Below, piece after piece: positions 17,499 through 24,872 of a stretch of 32,000 nt of DNA. This stretch comes from Thermosulfurimonas dismutans (GTDB taxonomy: Bacteria > Desulfobacterota > Thermodesulfobacteria > Thermodesulfobacteriales > Thermodesulfobacteriaceae): positions 30,001-62,000 of the forward strand of contig NZ_LWLG01000004.1 in NCBI RefSeq assembly GCF_001652585.1. The letters run 5' to 3'. The stretch's first letter is position 1. Each line of letters opens with the position of its first letter. A program made the position numbers and the translations under genes. The notes beneath the pieces are model-generated. The model saw nothing but the letters and a program-made list of their open reading frames with translations. It ran no database searches and was not told the origin of the DNA.

Positions 17499-17831
17499 TT
17501 AAAGCACGAGATACTTACCGCACTCATCCAGGATCTCACCGTGATAGGCCTGCGTCCGCATCTGTTTAGGAGTCATACCGCCGGGGATATCCGTTTCTAC
17601 ATCGAAGCCTTCGCAGGTATAACTATCTGCACAGATAGCCAGATCCGCTTCCGGGATCATCTGAACTAATTTAGGAAAATCCGGTTGTTTGGTGAGATGA
17701 ACAGCCTTAAAGGTAAAAAAGATTTTGACCTTCTTGCCAGCCCGCTGAGCGGCCTCCACAATTTTCATCAGTTGGGGCATATACTGAGGATTGGTTACAA
17801 AAATACCAAGCTTATCGGGATCCTTAGCCAT
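17499..17831 (-). CDS. DsrE/TusD-like sulfurtransferase family protein
   Basis: 110 aa. The sequence LGIFVTNPQ...KIFFTFKAVHL...ADLAICADSYTCEGF has the DsrE-family layout with a Cys-containing active-site-like segment. It has a strong SD (GGAGGTGA). Confidence 0.68.
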   Translation of the reverse strand: MAKDPDKLGIFVTNPQYMPQLMKIVEAAQRAGKKVKIFFTFKAVHLTKQPDFPKLVQMIPEADLAICADSYTCEGFDVETDIPGGMTPKQMRTQAYHGEILDECGKYLVL

Positions 17832-17853
17832 AACTCACCTCCCCCTAAAATTT

Positions 17854-18111
17854 TTACCCTTTCTTGACGTAAAAGCGAATAAACCCCTGATCCTGCTTTT
17901 CGCCGAGATACTCGTGTCCAGCCCGCTCACACCAACCCGGAATGTCGTTCCGAGAACCTGGATCCGTTCCCAGAACCTCTAGGATTTGCCCGGACTGAAG
18001 CTTCTGAATGGCCTTCTTGGTCTTCAGAAGGGGCATCGGACAGGAAAGTCCTTTACAATCAATGGTCATGTCAGCCTTGACGTCATCGGGGGCCACTTTA
18101 ATGTCTGCCAT
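17854..18111 (-). CDS. tusA: TusA/SirA-family sulfur carrier protein
   Basis: The sequence DCKGLSCPMPLLKTKKAIQKL carries the canonical CPxP motif. 85 aa, with the SD AAGGAGG. Confidence 0.9.
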   Translation of the reverse strand: MADIKVAPDDVKADMTIDCKGLSCPMPLLKTKKAIQKLQSGQILEVLGTDPGSRNDIPGWCERAGHEYLGEKQDQGFIRFYVKKG

Positions 18112-18140
18112 CGTTAAACCTCCTTAGATTTATTTTTATT

Positions 18141-19307
18141 TTACATTTCGAGAACCAGTTTATTAGTATCCTCATTCCAGTCAATAACGATGTACCAAAC
18201 AATGACCGCCAAAGCGATCAAAAACAGCGTTCCAGCATATCCCAAGTATTCAGGCATAAAGATAGCCTTACCCAGATAACCACTTTCAATGACCTCATAC
18301 TCCGCAAAAAGATGTCTTACCAGAGAGTTGGTTAAAGCGAAAAAGATGACCACCACCACCAGCTTGACCTGCCCTTCCGCCACTCGCCAGAGGCTTCCAG
18401 AACCACATCCACCAGCCACCACCATAGCGGCCCCGAAAATAAAACCTCCCAAGAGGGCCCCAATGCCGAAGGTGGGGGTAACATAAGCCATCTCAGGCCT
18501 AAACTCATTGTATTTCAGGATGGCTATCCCGATGGCCGAAAGAATAAGGCTTATGGCCAAAGCCTTACCCATTACGGCCTCACCAGTCATAAAGGGCTCG
18601 CGCAAGGCGTTCACCATACAAAACCGACTCCGATGCATGGTATAACCAATGGCCGCCGTAAGGATCAAGCAACCTCCAAGAGTAGCTCCGTCATCAGCTT
18701 CGCTTCCAAAATAGGCCTTAGTGGCCAGTAGCAAGCCAATAAGGGCTATCACTCCCAATATGGGGTTTATCTTTCGGAAGCTGATTTCAAAGCCACCGGC
18801 ACTCGGAAAATGCTCAAGCTCCCAATAGAGATACTTCACTCCCAAAATGACCCCAAAAATGAGTCCGATCATCATGACCAGGCCATTGGCCGCCAGATTG
18901 TTCACCGCCATATAAAAACCACCTACATTACATCCCATGGCCAAGGCCGAACCAATCCCCATGAGGATACCGGCCACTATCGCCTTTATGAACTCAATCT
19001 TGGGAGGCACACGGATACCGAATTCTCGGGCCAAAGCAGCCGAAATAAAGGCCCCCCAAACCAAGCCTATGTCCAGAATAGAGGAAGAAAACCAAAGAGG
19101 GTGAGGAGGCTCGTCCTCATAAAGCCCCAGGCCGTAAAAGAACCAGTCCGCCCAGTTTCTCAACCCCCCCACGATACCCCAAGGACGATACCAAGTCTCA
19201 AGGAGGACCACAAAAAAAGCCAAAAGGATGCCACCCATAAGAGGAGACCAATTCTTAGCACAAAGCCCTTCATACACACCTTTGATCTTTTCCTTTAATA
19301 CACTCAT
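18141..19307 (-). CDS. YeeE/YedE-family (TsuA-like) sulfur-compound/thiosulfate transporter
   Basis: A 388-aa polytopic membrane protein with the three conserved Cys motifs of the family (AMGCNVGG, RSRFCM, AGGCGSGS). Confidence 0.88.
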   Translation of the reverse strand: MSVLKEKIKGVYEGLCAKNWSPLMGGILLAFFVVLLETWYRPWGIVGGLRNWADWFFYGLGLYEDEPPHPLWFSSSILDIGLVWGAFISAALAREFGIRVPPKIEFIKAIVAGILMGIGSALAMGCNVGGFYMAVNNLAANGLVMMIGLIFGVILGVKYLYWELEHFPSAGGFEISFRKINPILGVIALIGLLLATKAYFGSEADDGATLGGCLILTAAIGYTMHRSRFCMVNALREPFMTGEAVMGKALAISLILSAIGIAILKYNEFRPEMAYVTPTFGIGALLGGFIFGAAMVVAGGCGSGSLWRVAEGQVKLVVVVIFFALTNSLVRHLFAEYEVIESGYLGKAIFMPEYLGYAGTLFLIALAVIVWYIVIDWNEDTNKLVLEM

Positions 19308-19478
19308 AAAGCCTCCCTCCCTATCAAGCAGAGTTTGTTTTTTGGGGAGCTAAAACAAGCCTCTATCAAAAATTCAGGCATATGTCAAACGCTATTTTAC
19401 CCTTGACTTTTACTGATTTGTGCGATTCCATCCTAAAAAATAAAAATCAAATCGGGTAAACTCCTGAGGGAGTGAGCT

Positions 19479-22112
19479 ATGTATACTATACTAGCAAGCA
19501 TCCTTTTTTACCTTTTGGTCCTTGGAGGTCAGGGTATGGGATTGGAATTGAAACCAGGTGTTCACAAACATACTCTCTCTAACGGTCTTACAGCCATCGT
19601 AGAGGAAAATCATCGTGCTCCCGTAGTAGCCGTACAGGTTTGGGTCAAAGTCGGCAGCATCTATGAAGACGAAAAAGTCGCGGGCATTACCCACCTCATC
19701 GAACACATGATCTTCAAAGGCACCCAAACCCGTGGCCCGGGAGAAATCGCCAGTACCATCGAAGGCTATGGGGGTTATATCAACGCCTTCACCTCTTATG
19801 ATTATACTTGCTACTACATCGTAGGGCCTAGAGAAATCTTAGAGGTAGCTCTCGACATTCTTTCGGATGCTCTATTCAACTCTGTCTTCGATCCCAAAGA
19901 GCTTGAAAGAGAAAAAGAGGTTGTTCTCGAAGAAATGCGAATGCGGGAAGACCGTCCCATGATCGTCCTCTCAGAGGAAGTCCTCAAAACCGCGTATCAA
20001 AAATACCCCTACCGTCGGCCCATTATTGGCTACGAAAGCACTGTCAAAAAGATCACCCGAAGGGACATCCTGGAGTACATCAAGAAATTCTATGTCCCAG
20101 AAAATATAGCGGTAGTAGTAGTCGGCGATATAGAATCCGAGAAGGCCTTAGCTCTTATAGAGCAATATTTTGGTAAAGTTCCCCGTAAAAAGCCTCCCAA
20201 AACCATTTTCCCAAAGGAACCATACGTAACCAGTCCCCAGTCGGTAGTCGTAAAACGTCCCGTAGAGGAAGGTTATTTTGAAATTGTCCTTCCGGCCCCT
20301 CCACTCACGGAAAAAGAGGCCCCTATCATGGATGTAATAGCGGCCCTCCTAGGAGAAGGGCGCTCTTCCCGCCTCTATCTCAAACTCCGCCGAGAACTAT
20401 CCCTGGTAAACTCTATCGAGGCTTCGGCCTTCACCCCTGCGGGTCCAGGGCTTTTTGAAATTTATGGTACGGCTCCTCCCGAAAACTTACGAGCGGCCAT
20501 CAAAGAAGCTCTTATAGAGGTTTTCCGTCTCAAATATCAGCCTGTAAGCGAAGAGGAGTTATCCAAGGCCAAGATCCAGGTACTCTCGGACTTTGTTTAC
20601 GGACGTGAGAGCATGGAAGGCGAGGCCCGCAAACTAGGAACCTTTGAAATGGTTACCGGAGACCCCTTGGCCGCCGATCGATATCTTGAAGCCATCAAAC
20701 GGATCACCCCAGAGGCCATCCTTCACGCCGCTCAGAAATATTTCAAGCCCGACAAGGTCGTCTCCGGAATCCTAGCCCAAAACGAGAGTCTAGATCCTAA
20801 ATTGCTGGCTGAAATGGTAAAGGAAGCCGAACTAGCCGCCCAAGGGATCTCCACAGGAGAGATGGCTCCAGTGATACCGCCCACTTATCGCATTTTAAAC
20901 AATGGCCTTAGGGTCATCATCCTTCCTCTCAAAGATGTCCCCTCGGTAGCCATATCTCTCGTTTTTCCAGGAGGGGTTCGCTATGAAACCCCCGAGACCA
21001 ATGGTCTTTTCCGAGCGCTTACTACTATCTGGCCCCGGGCTACCCGCAAACACTCTGCGGAGGCCTTAGCCACCCTCATTGAATCCTTGGGAGGCAAAAT
21101 CACCGGTTTTTCGGGCCGGAATACCTTTGGTCTGGAAGCCACCTTTCTCTCGGAAAATTTTGACCAAGGATTAGATCTCTTTCTCGAAGTATTACTTAAA
21201 CCGGCCTTCCCGGACAAAGAAATAGAAAAAGCCCGTCCAGAATTGATTTCCGCTCTTCTCCGTCAAGAGGACCAGCCTCTACAGGTGGCCTTAAGGGAAT
21301 TTTACCGAGTTATGTTTGCACCCCATCCTTATAGCCTGAATGTCTTGGGTTCCAAAGAATTTTTCGAAAAGGTAACCGCCGAAGATCTCCGGCGGGCCTA
21401 TACCAAATATGTTCGTCCAGATACTGGGGTACTTGCCATTGTAGGAGACGTCAATCCGGAAAAGGTTCTTAGCAAGCTTGAAAAGGCCCTTCGCGACTGG
21501 CAAGCTCCTCCCAATCCTACACCCGAAGACCTCCAACCTTCGCCTCTTGAGGCTCCTAGGATTACAACTGTGCCCAAACCTTCGGAACAAACCCATATTC
21601 TCTTAGGCTTTAGGACCGGAGGGCTTAACGATCCAGATCGATATGCCCTGGAGGTCCTCAATGCCGTACTCGCTGGACAGGGAGGGCGCCTCTTTCGCAG
21701 CCTTAGAGATCAAGAAGCCCTAGCTTATTCCGTAACTTCTTTCCTTACTCTGGGGACCAACACCGGGGCCCTGGCCTTCTACATCGGCTGTGCCCCAGAG
21801 AAAAAAGATCAAGCCCTCTCGGGGCTCTGGCGCGAGATCAACAAAATCAAGGAAAGGGGCCTCACCGAAGAAGAACTCTCCCGGGCCAAAAACTGGCTTG
21901 TAGGACGTTATGAGACCGAACTCCAGACCAATCTCTCTCAGGCCATGGATCGGGCTTTAAACGAAGCTTTAGGGCTCGGGTTCAACTATTTCTATAGATA
22001 CATTGAAAACATCAAGAACGTTAAGTTAGAAGAAGTCTTGGCAGCTGCTCGTAAATATTTGGAAGATGAAGCTTATGTTCTAGTGACGCTTGAACCTATA
22101 GAATATCAGTAA
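19479..22112 (+). CDS. Secreted M16-family zinc metallopeptidase (pitrilysin/PqqL-like) with two tandem M16 units
   Basis: An N-terminal signal-like segment. The HxxEH zinc motif (THLIEHMIFKGT) is in the first unit. The second unit (from about aa 470) lacks HxxEH, as in the inactive partner domains. Confidence 0.9.
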   Translation: MYTILASILFYLLVLGGQGMGLELKPGVHKHTLSNGLTAIVEENHRAPVVAVQVWVKVGSIYEDEKVAGITHLIEHMIFKGTQTRGPGEIASTIEGYGGYINAFTSYDYTCYYIVGPREILEVALDILSDALFNSVFDPKELEREKEVVLEEMRMREDRPMIVLSEEVLKTAYQKYPYRRPIIGYESTVKKITRRDILEYIKKFYVPENIAVVVVGDIESEKALALIEQYFGKVPRKKPPKTIFPKEPYVTSPQSVVVKRPVEEGYFEIVLPAPPLTEKEAPIMDVIAALLGEGRSSRLYLKLRRELSLVNSIEASAFTPAGPGLFEIYGTAPPENLRAAIKEALIEVFRLKYQPVSEEELSKAKIQVLSDFVYGRESMEGEARKLGTFEMVTGDPLAADRYLEAIKRITPEAILHAAQKYFKPDKVVSGILAQNESLDPKLLAEMVKEAELAAQGISTGEMAPVIPPTYRILNNGLRVIILPLKDVPSVAISLVFPGGVRYETPETNGLFRALTTIWPRATRKHSAEALATLIESLGGKITGFSGRNTFGLEATFLSENFDQGLDLFLEVLLKPAFPDKEIEKARPELISALLRQEDQPLQVALREFYRVMFAPHPYSLNVLGSKEFFEKVTAEDLRRAYTKYVRPDTGVLAIVGDVNPEKVLSKLEKALRDWQAPPNPTPEDLQPSPLEAPRITTVPKPSEQTHILLGFRTGGLNDPDRYALEVLNAVLAGQGGRLFRSLRDQEALAYSVTSFLTLGTNTGALAFYIGCAPEKKDQALSGLWREINKIKERGLTEEELSRAKNWLVGRYETELQTNLSQAMDRALNEALGLGFNYFYRYIENIKNVKLEEVLAAARKYLEDEAYVLVTLEPIEYQ

Positions 22113-22384
22113 GGAGCGAAATAGATTCGCAAAAACTCGCCAAAGGCCATTATGACGGCGGCCCACAAAGCGATTTTGACAAAATTTTCTCGGGAAAGTT
22201 CCCGTCGCAGGAACTGGCGCAGGAACCATTTAAAAATAAAAGCAAAGGCCAAACCATAGATAAAGGAGGCCAGCAAAAATCTAAAATTTTGTTTAAGGGT
22301 GAGTTCCAGGTTTCCAGGATAATAACGCAGGTTGAGGATTAGGAGCAAAATGAAAGGGACGAAATAGTCTTTAATCTTCGCCAT
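22106..22384 (-). CDS. Small hypothetical membrane protein
   Basis: 92 aa with about 3 hydrophobic segments. It has no recognisable motif, and the ORF fits exactly between the M16 gene and trpF. Confidence 0.45.
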   Translation of the reverse strand: MAKIKDYFVPFILLLILNLRYYPGNLELTLKQNFRFLLASFIYGLAFAFIFKWFLRQFLRRELSRENFVKIALWAAVIMAFGEFLRIYFAPY

Positions 22385-22402
22385 ATTTTAAAGATATCAT
22401 AA

Positions 22403-23023
22403 ATGGAGAGCAAAGTAAGGATCAAGATCTGTGGGATCACCAATCTTGAGGACGCCTTGCTCGCAATTGAGCTGGGAGCTTCGGCCCTGGGTTTCATCTT
22501 TTATCCCCGAAGTCCCCGCTATATAGAACCCGAGGCCGCCCGCAAGATCATAAGTCAGCTGCCCCCTTTTGTGACCACGGTGGGAGTGTTTGTAAATGAA
22601 AGCGAAGATTTCATCCGAAAAGTCCTTTCGGAGGTCGGACTAGACTTAGTGCAACTCCACGGAGACGAATCCCCAGATCTTTGTGCCCGTTTTTTCCCGA
22701 AAGCAATCAAAGCTCTAAGAGTACGGAGCCTCGAAGACCTCAAGGCTATATCGGCTTATAAAGGCAAGATCCGAGCTGTGTTGCTTGACACCTATGTAAA
22801 AGGAATCCCAGGAGGAACCGGCCAAACCTTTAATTGGGAACTGGCCAAGAAGGCCAAAAAATTCGGGATCCCTGTCATCCTCGCTGGAGGACTCAGACCG
22901 GAAAACATCAAGGAAGCCCTCCAAACTGTAAGACCTTTTGCAGTGGATATAAGCTCCGGTGTCGAGGCTTCACCTGGTAAAAAGGACCCGGAGAAACTCC
23001 GGGCCCTCTTTGCTGCTATTTAG
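22403..23023 (+). CDS. trpF: N-(5'-phosphoribosyl)anthranilate isomerase
   Basis: The sequence VRIKICGIT...FIFYPRSPRYI...VQLHGDE...LLDT...GGTGQTFNW...AGGL is the classic TrpF pattern. Confidence 0.9.
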   Translation: MESKVRIKICGITNLEDALLAIELGASALGFIFYPRSPRYIEPEAARKIISQLPPFVTTVGVFVNESEDFIRKVLSEVGLDLVQLHGDESPDLCARFFPKAIKALRVRSLEDLKAISAYKGKIRAVLLDTYVKGIPGGTGQTFNWELAKKAKKFGIPVILAGGLRPENIKEALQTVRPFAVDISSGVEASPGKKDPEKLRALFAAI

Positions 23024-23415
23024 CAACCTTCCATTCTCATCCTGTGCCAACGTTTATTGTAAGACCTTGCTCCTTTACAAAAGCAGGGGCAATTTTTCTG
23101 GTTATTCCAGCCTTTCATGTTCTTACAAAGTTCTTCACCTTTATGTTTCTGACAGTACTCTTCCATCTCCTGCCAAACCTTGGCTCTCACATCCTTCATC
23201 TTCTGCCAGTGTTCCCACATCATTTCCATCATCTTCTGACAATTCTTGCTCTTGGGGTTGACCTTTTCACAGTAGTGCCACATGGGACCTACCCAAGAAG
23301 GAACACTTTTCTGATAACTCGGCGGGTAAGAGCTCTCCCCTCCCTCCTGAGAAAAAGCCCAGCCGCCTAACATCAAAACCCCCAGCACCAAAAAGATCCC
23401 CATGACCTTCTTCAT
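23020..23415 (-). CDS. Secreted hypothetical protein rich in Cys, Met, His, Trp and Lys
   Basis: A signal peptide (MKKVMGIFLVLGVLMLGGWAFS). By my count the mature part has 8 Cys (HYCEK, KNCQK, EYCQK, ELCKN, NCPCFCKG, and a C-terminal EGC) plus a KMMEMMWEHWQKM segment. The SD GGAGGT lies 7 nt upstream. Confidence 0.65.
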   Translation of the reverse strand: MKKVMGIFLVLGVLMLGGWAFSQEGGESSYPPSYQKSVPSWVGPMWHYCEKVNPKSKNCQKMMEMMWEHWQKMKDVRAKVWQEMEEYCQKHKGEELCKNMKGWNNQKNCPCFCKGARSYNKRWHRMRMEGC

Positions 23416-23447
23416 GACACTTACCTCCTTTATGTGTTTGTTACTAA

Positions 23448-23789
23448 CTAATTTATTTTTCTCCCATACCGCCTAAAGGATCTCTTATCCCTTTGGAGTT
23501 CCTGAAAGTCCCGGTGGAGTTCCCGGCAATCACGGCGCAACTTTCGAAAATCATGTCTTATTTCCTTTAGGTCGTGACGAATCTCTGCAGGCCTGGTATG
23601 CGGATACCTTAGATCCTTTTTCAGTTCCCGATGGTCTTCTCGCAATGCCCGTCGATCTGCACGCAACTCGCGCAAGTCGTGTCTTATTTCCTGCCTATCG
23701 TACCTAATCTCCGACCACCAAGCCCTAGCTGCCCCTGCATTTCCCATCAAAAGTCCCCCGACTAAAAGCCAAACCCCAAACCTTTTCAT
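23448..23789 (-). CDS. Secreted hypothetical protein built from tandem 7-aa (E-[IL]-R-x-D-x-R) repeats
   Basis: A signal peptide (…NAGAARA|WWS) is followed by EIRYDRQ EIRHDLR ELRADRR ALREDHR ELKKDLR | YPHTRPA | EIRHDLK EIRHDFR KLRRDCR ELHRDFQ ELQRDKR SFRRYGR. It has a strong SD (AGGAGGTGA). Confidence 0.7.
   Translation of the reverse strand: MKRFGVWLLVGGLLMGNAGAARAWWSEIRYDRQEIRHDLRELRADRRALREDHRELKKDLRYPHTRPAEIRHDLKEIRHDFRKLRRDCRELHRDFQELQRDKRSFRRYGRKIN
23460..23711 (-). repeat. Coding tandem repeat with 21-nt (heptad) periodicity, arranged as 5 + linker + 5-6 units
   Basis: This is the DNA underlying the heptad array. For example, GAAATAAGACA(T/C)GA (EIRHD) recurs about 130 nt apart (about 23555 and about 23685 on the plus strand, as TGTCTTATTTCCT). 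Confidence 0.75.
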
Positions 23790-23811
23790 GGTTCACCTCC
23801 TGGCCATTTTA

Positions 23812-24231
23812 TTAGTAGTAGTTTCCGGTCTTGGTGCCCTCACAGACCTCTTCAATACGGTCGGTCACCAATTGTCCGTTTCTCCAAATACGCTTGTGGA
23901 CCTTGTGGCAGTAGGTCTTCTGGTTGTATTCCATGGGCGTAGCCTCCACCACTGCGTTTTCACTCTGATAAACTACGGTCTGCTGTTTGGCGACCGCCTC
24001 CTGAGTGGCCCGGGTGCTTATGGCCGTAAGTCCACCTCCAAGAACCGCCCCTGCGGTAGCCCCAATCACGGCCCCCCGCCAAGGATTGTGATGATCAAGA
24101 AGGGCTCCGGAAAAGGCTCCCACAGCCGCTCCAAGCCCCGCTCCCTGATAAGGGGCACTTTGAGTAGTGGTACATGCTGTAACCAAAAGTCCGACCATCA
24201 AAAGACCCCAAAACCACCTCTGAATCCTCAT
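23812..24231 (-). CDS. Lipoprotein with a glycine-zipper (Rick_17kDa_Anti/YMGG-like) domain
   Basis: A lipobox LLVTA|C follows a signal sequence, then glycine zippers GAGLGAAVGAFSGALL and GAVIGATAGAVLGGGL. I prefer the ATG at 24231 (GGAGG 8 nt upstream). The track start at 24240 is a GTG. Confidence 0.75.
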   Translation of the reverse strand: MRIQRWFWGLLMVGLLVTACTTTQSAPYQGAGLGAAVGAFSGALLDHHNPWRGAVIGATAGAVLGGGLTAISTRATQEAVAKQQTVVYQSENAVVEATPMEYNQKTYCHKVHKRIWRNGQLVTDRIEEVCEGTKTGNYY

Positions 24232-24271
24232 CCTCCTCACCTCCTTCGTTTTGTCCTTTGTTTTGGTTCAA

Positions 24272-24287
24272 ATCAAATGACGTGCCA
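24272..24287 (-). promoter_or_regulatory. Possible sigma-54 (-24/-12) promoter for the lipoprotein / heptad-protein / Cys-rich-protein operon
   Basis: The minus strand reads TGGCAC-GTCAT-TTGAT. The -24 element and spacing are perfect, but the -12 reads TGA instead of the consensus TGC. It lies about 40 nt upstream of the ATG at 24231. Confidence 0.35.
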
Positions 24288-24337
24288 AAGCCTTCTTTCG
24301 CTTTAAAAACAAAGGGTTCAGGCCCGAAGGCCTATCC

Positions 24338-24401
24338 AGAAAACAAAAGTACAGCTTTGTTTTCTCGACGATTTCGAAGGCTTCAACGACAAAATCGTCG
24401 A
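24338..24401. promoter_or_regulatory. Two abutting perfect palindromes, candidate enhancer (UAS) sites for the NtrC-type activator
   Basis: IR-A is AGAAAACAAA (24338-24347), N8, TTTGTTTTCT (24356-24365). IR-B is TCGACGATTT (24365-24374), N17, AAATCGTCGA (24392-24401). TCGAAGGC is also directly repeated (24374-24381 and 24398-24405). Confidence 0.45.
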
Positions 24402-24453
24402 AGGCCTCCACTGGGAAACCGAGTTTTTGGATAAAGTAGGAGGACTTTTACTC

Positions 24454-24469
24454 TGGCACGGGTTCTGCT
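24454..24469 (+). promoter_or_regulatory. Sigma-54 (-24/-12) promoter of the periplasmic-protein / kinase / activator operon
   Basis: TGGCAC-GGGTT-CTGCT has correctly spaced GG (24455-24456) and GC (24467-24468). GGAGG (24482-24486) and the ATG at 24492 follow. A sigma-54-dependent activator gene is in the same operon. Confidence 0.7.
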
Positions 24470-24491
24470 TTAAAATAAGACGGAGGTAGCC

Positions 24492-24872
24492 ATGAAAATG
24501 CGTATCTTTCTCCTAATAGGGTTCTTGTTTCTGGGAGCCTCCCAAACCGCTTTCGCCTGGGGAGGATGCTCACGAGGAGAGAAGTGGCGAAATGAGGTGA
24601 AAGTTATTGGTCGAATAATAAAAATTCGCCCACCACTGGCGGTATTGGAAACCCCTCAGGGCGAAACTTTATATATCCGTCTGGGGCCTTATCAGTTCTG
24701 GAAGGCCATGGGCTATAGCCTGAGAAAAGGCGAAAAAGTTATTATCAGAGGCTATCGGTGTGGAGATATCATTTTCCCGAAAGTCATTCGTCATCGAGGA
24801 GGGAAAATAAGACTTCGTAATGAAAAAGGGATTCCCCTCTGGAGGAAATATCGTTCCAGACCAGGGTGGTAG
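24492..24872 (+). CDS. Small secreted (periplasmic) hypothetical protein, probably beta-rich
   Basis: A signal peptide (MKMRIFLLIGFLFLGASQTAFA|WGGC). The mature sequence reads ...VIGRIIKIRPPLAVLETPQGETLYIRLGPYQFW...GEKVIIRGY...IRLRNEKGIPLW. The ideal SD GGAGG lies 5 nt upstream. Confidence 0.7.
   Translation: MKMRIFLLIGFLFLGASQTAFAWGGCSRGEKWRNEVKVIGRIIKIRPPLAVLETPQGETLYIRLGPYQFWKAMGYSLRKGEKVIIRGYRCGDIIFPKVIRHRGGKIRLRNEKGIPLWRKYRSRPGW

Noticed and set aside
17136-17669. A 177-aa plus-strand ORF across the chp1 and dsrE-like genes.
   Set aside because: It spans two minus-strand genes that each have strong SDs and sensible products, it has no motif, and it crosses their intergenic gap.
18810-19298. 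A 162-aa plus-strand ORF antisense to the YeeE/YedE transporter.
   Set aside because: It gives a hydrophilic, low-complexity translation opposite a conserved polytopic membrane protein with the family Cys motifs.
19335-19358. A TTGTTTT...AAAACAA hairpin upstream of the yedE-like gene.
   Set aside because: The 7-bp stem is composed only of A/T pairs and has a 10-nt loop, so it is too weak to call a structured element on its own. It is mentioned only as context for the flanking TTGATAG repeats.
23788-24306. A 172-aa plus-strand ORF opposite the glycine-zipper lipoprotein gene.
   Set aside because: The minus-strand product has a signal peptide, a lipobox, glycine zippers and a strong SD. The plus-strand ORF is P/S/G-rich with no start signal, and it would run through the sigma-54-like promoter region.
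24320-24333. An AGGCC-CGAA-GGCCT mini-hairpin in the sigma-54 intergenic region.
   Set aside because: It has only a 5-bp stem and no U-tract. It is not positioned after any gene end, so it is probably fortuitous.
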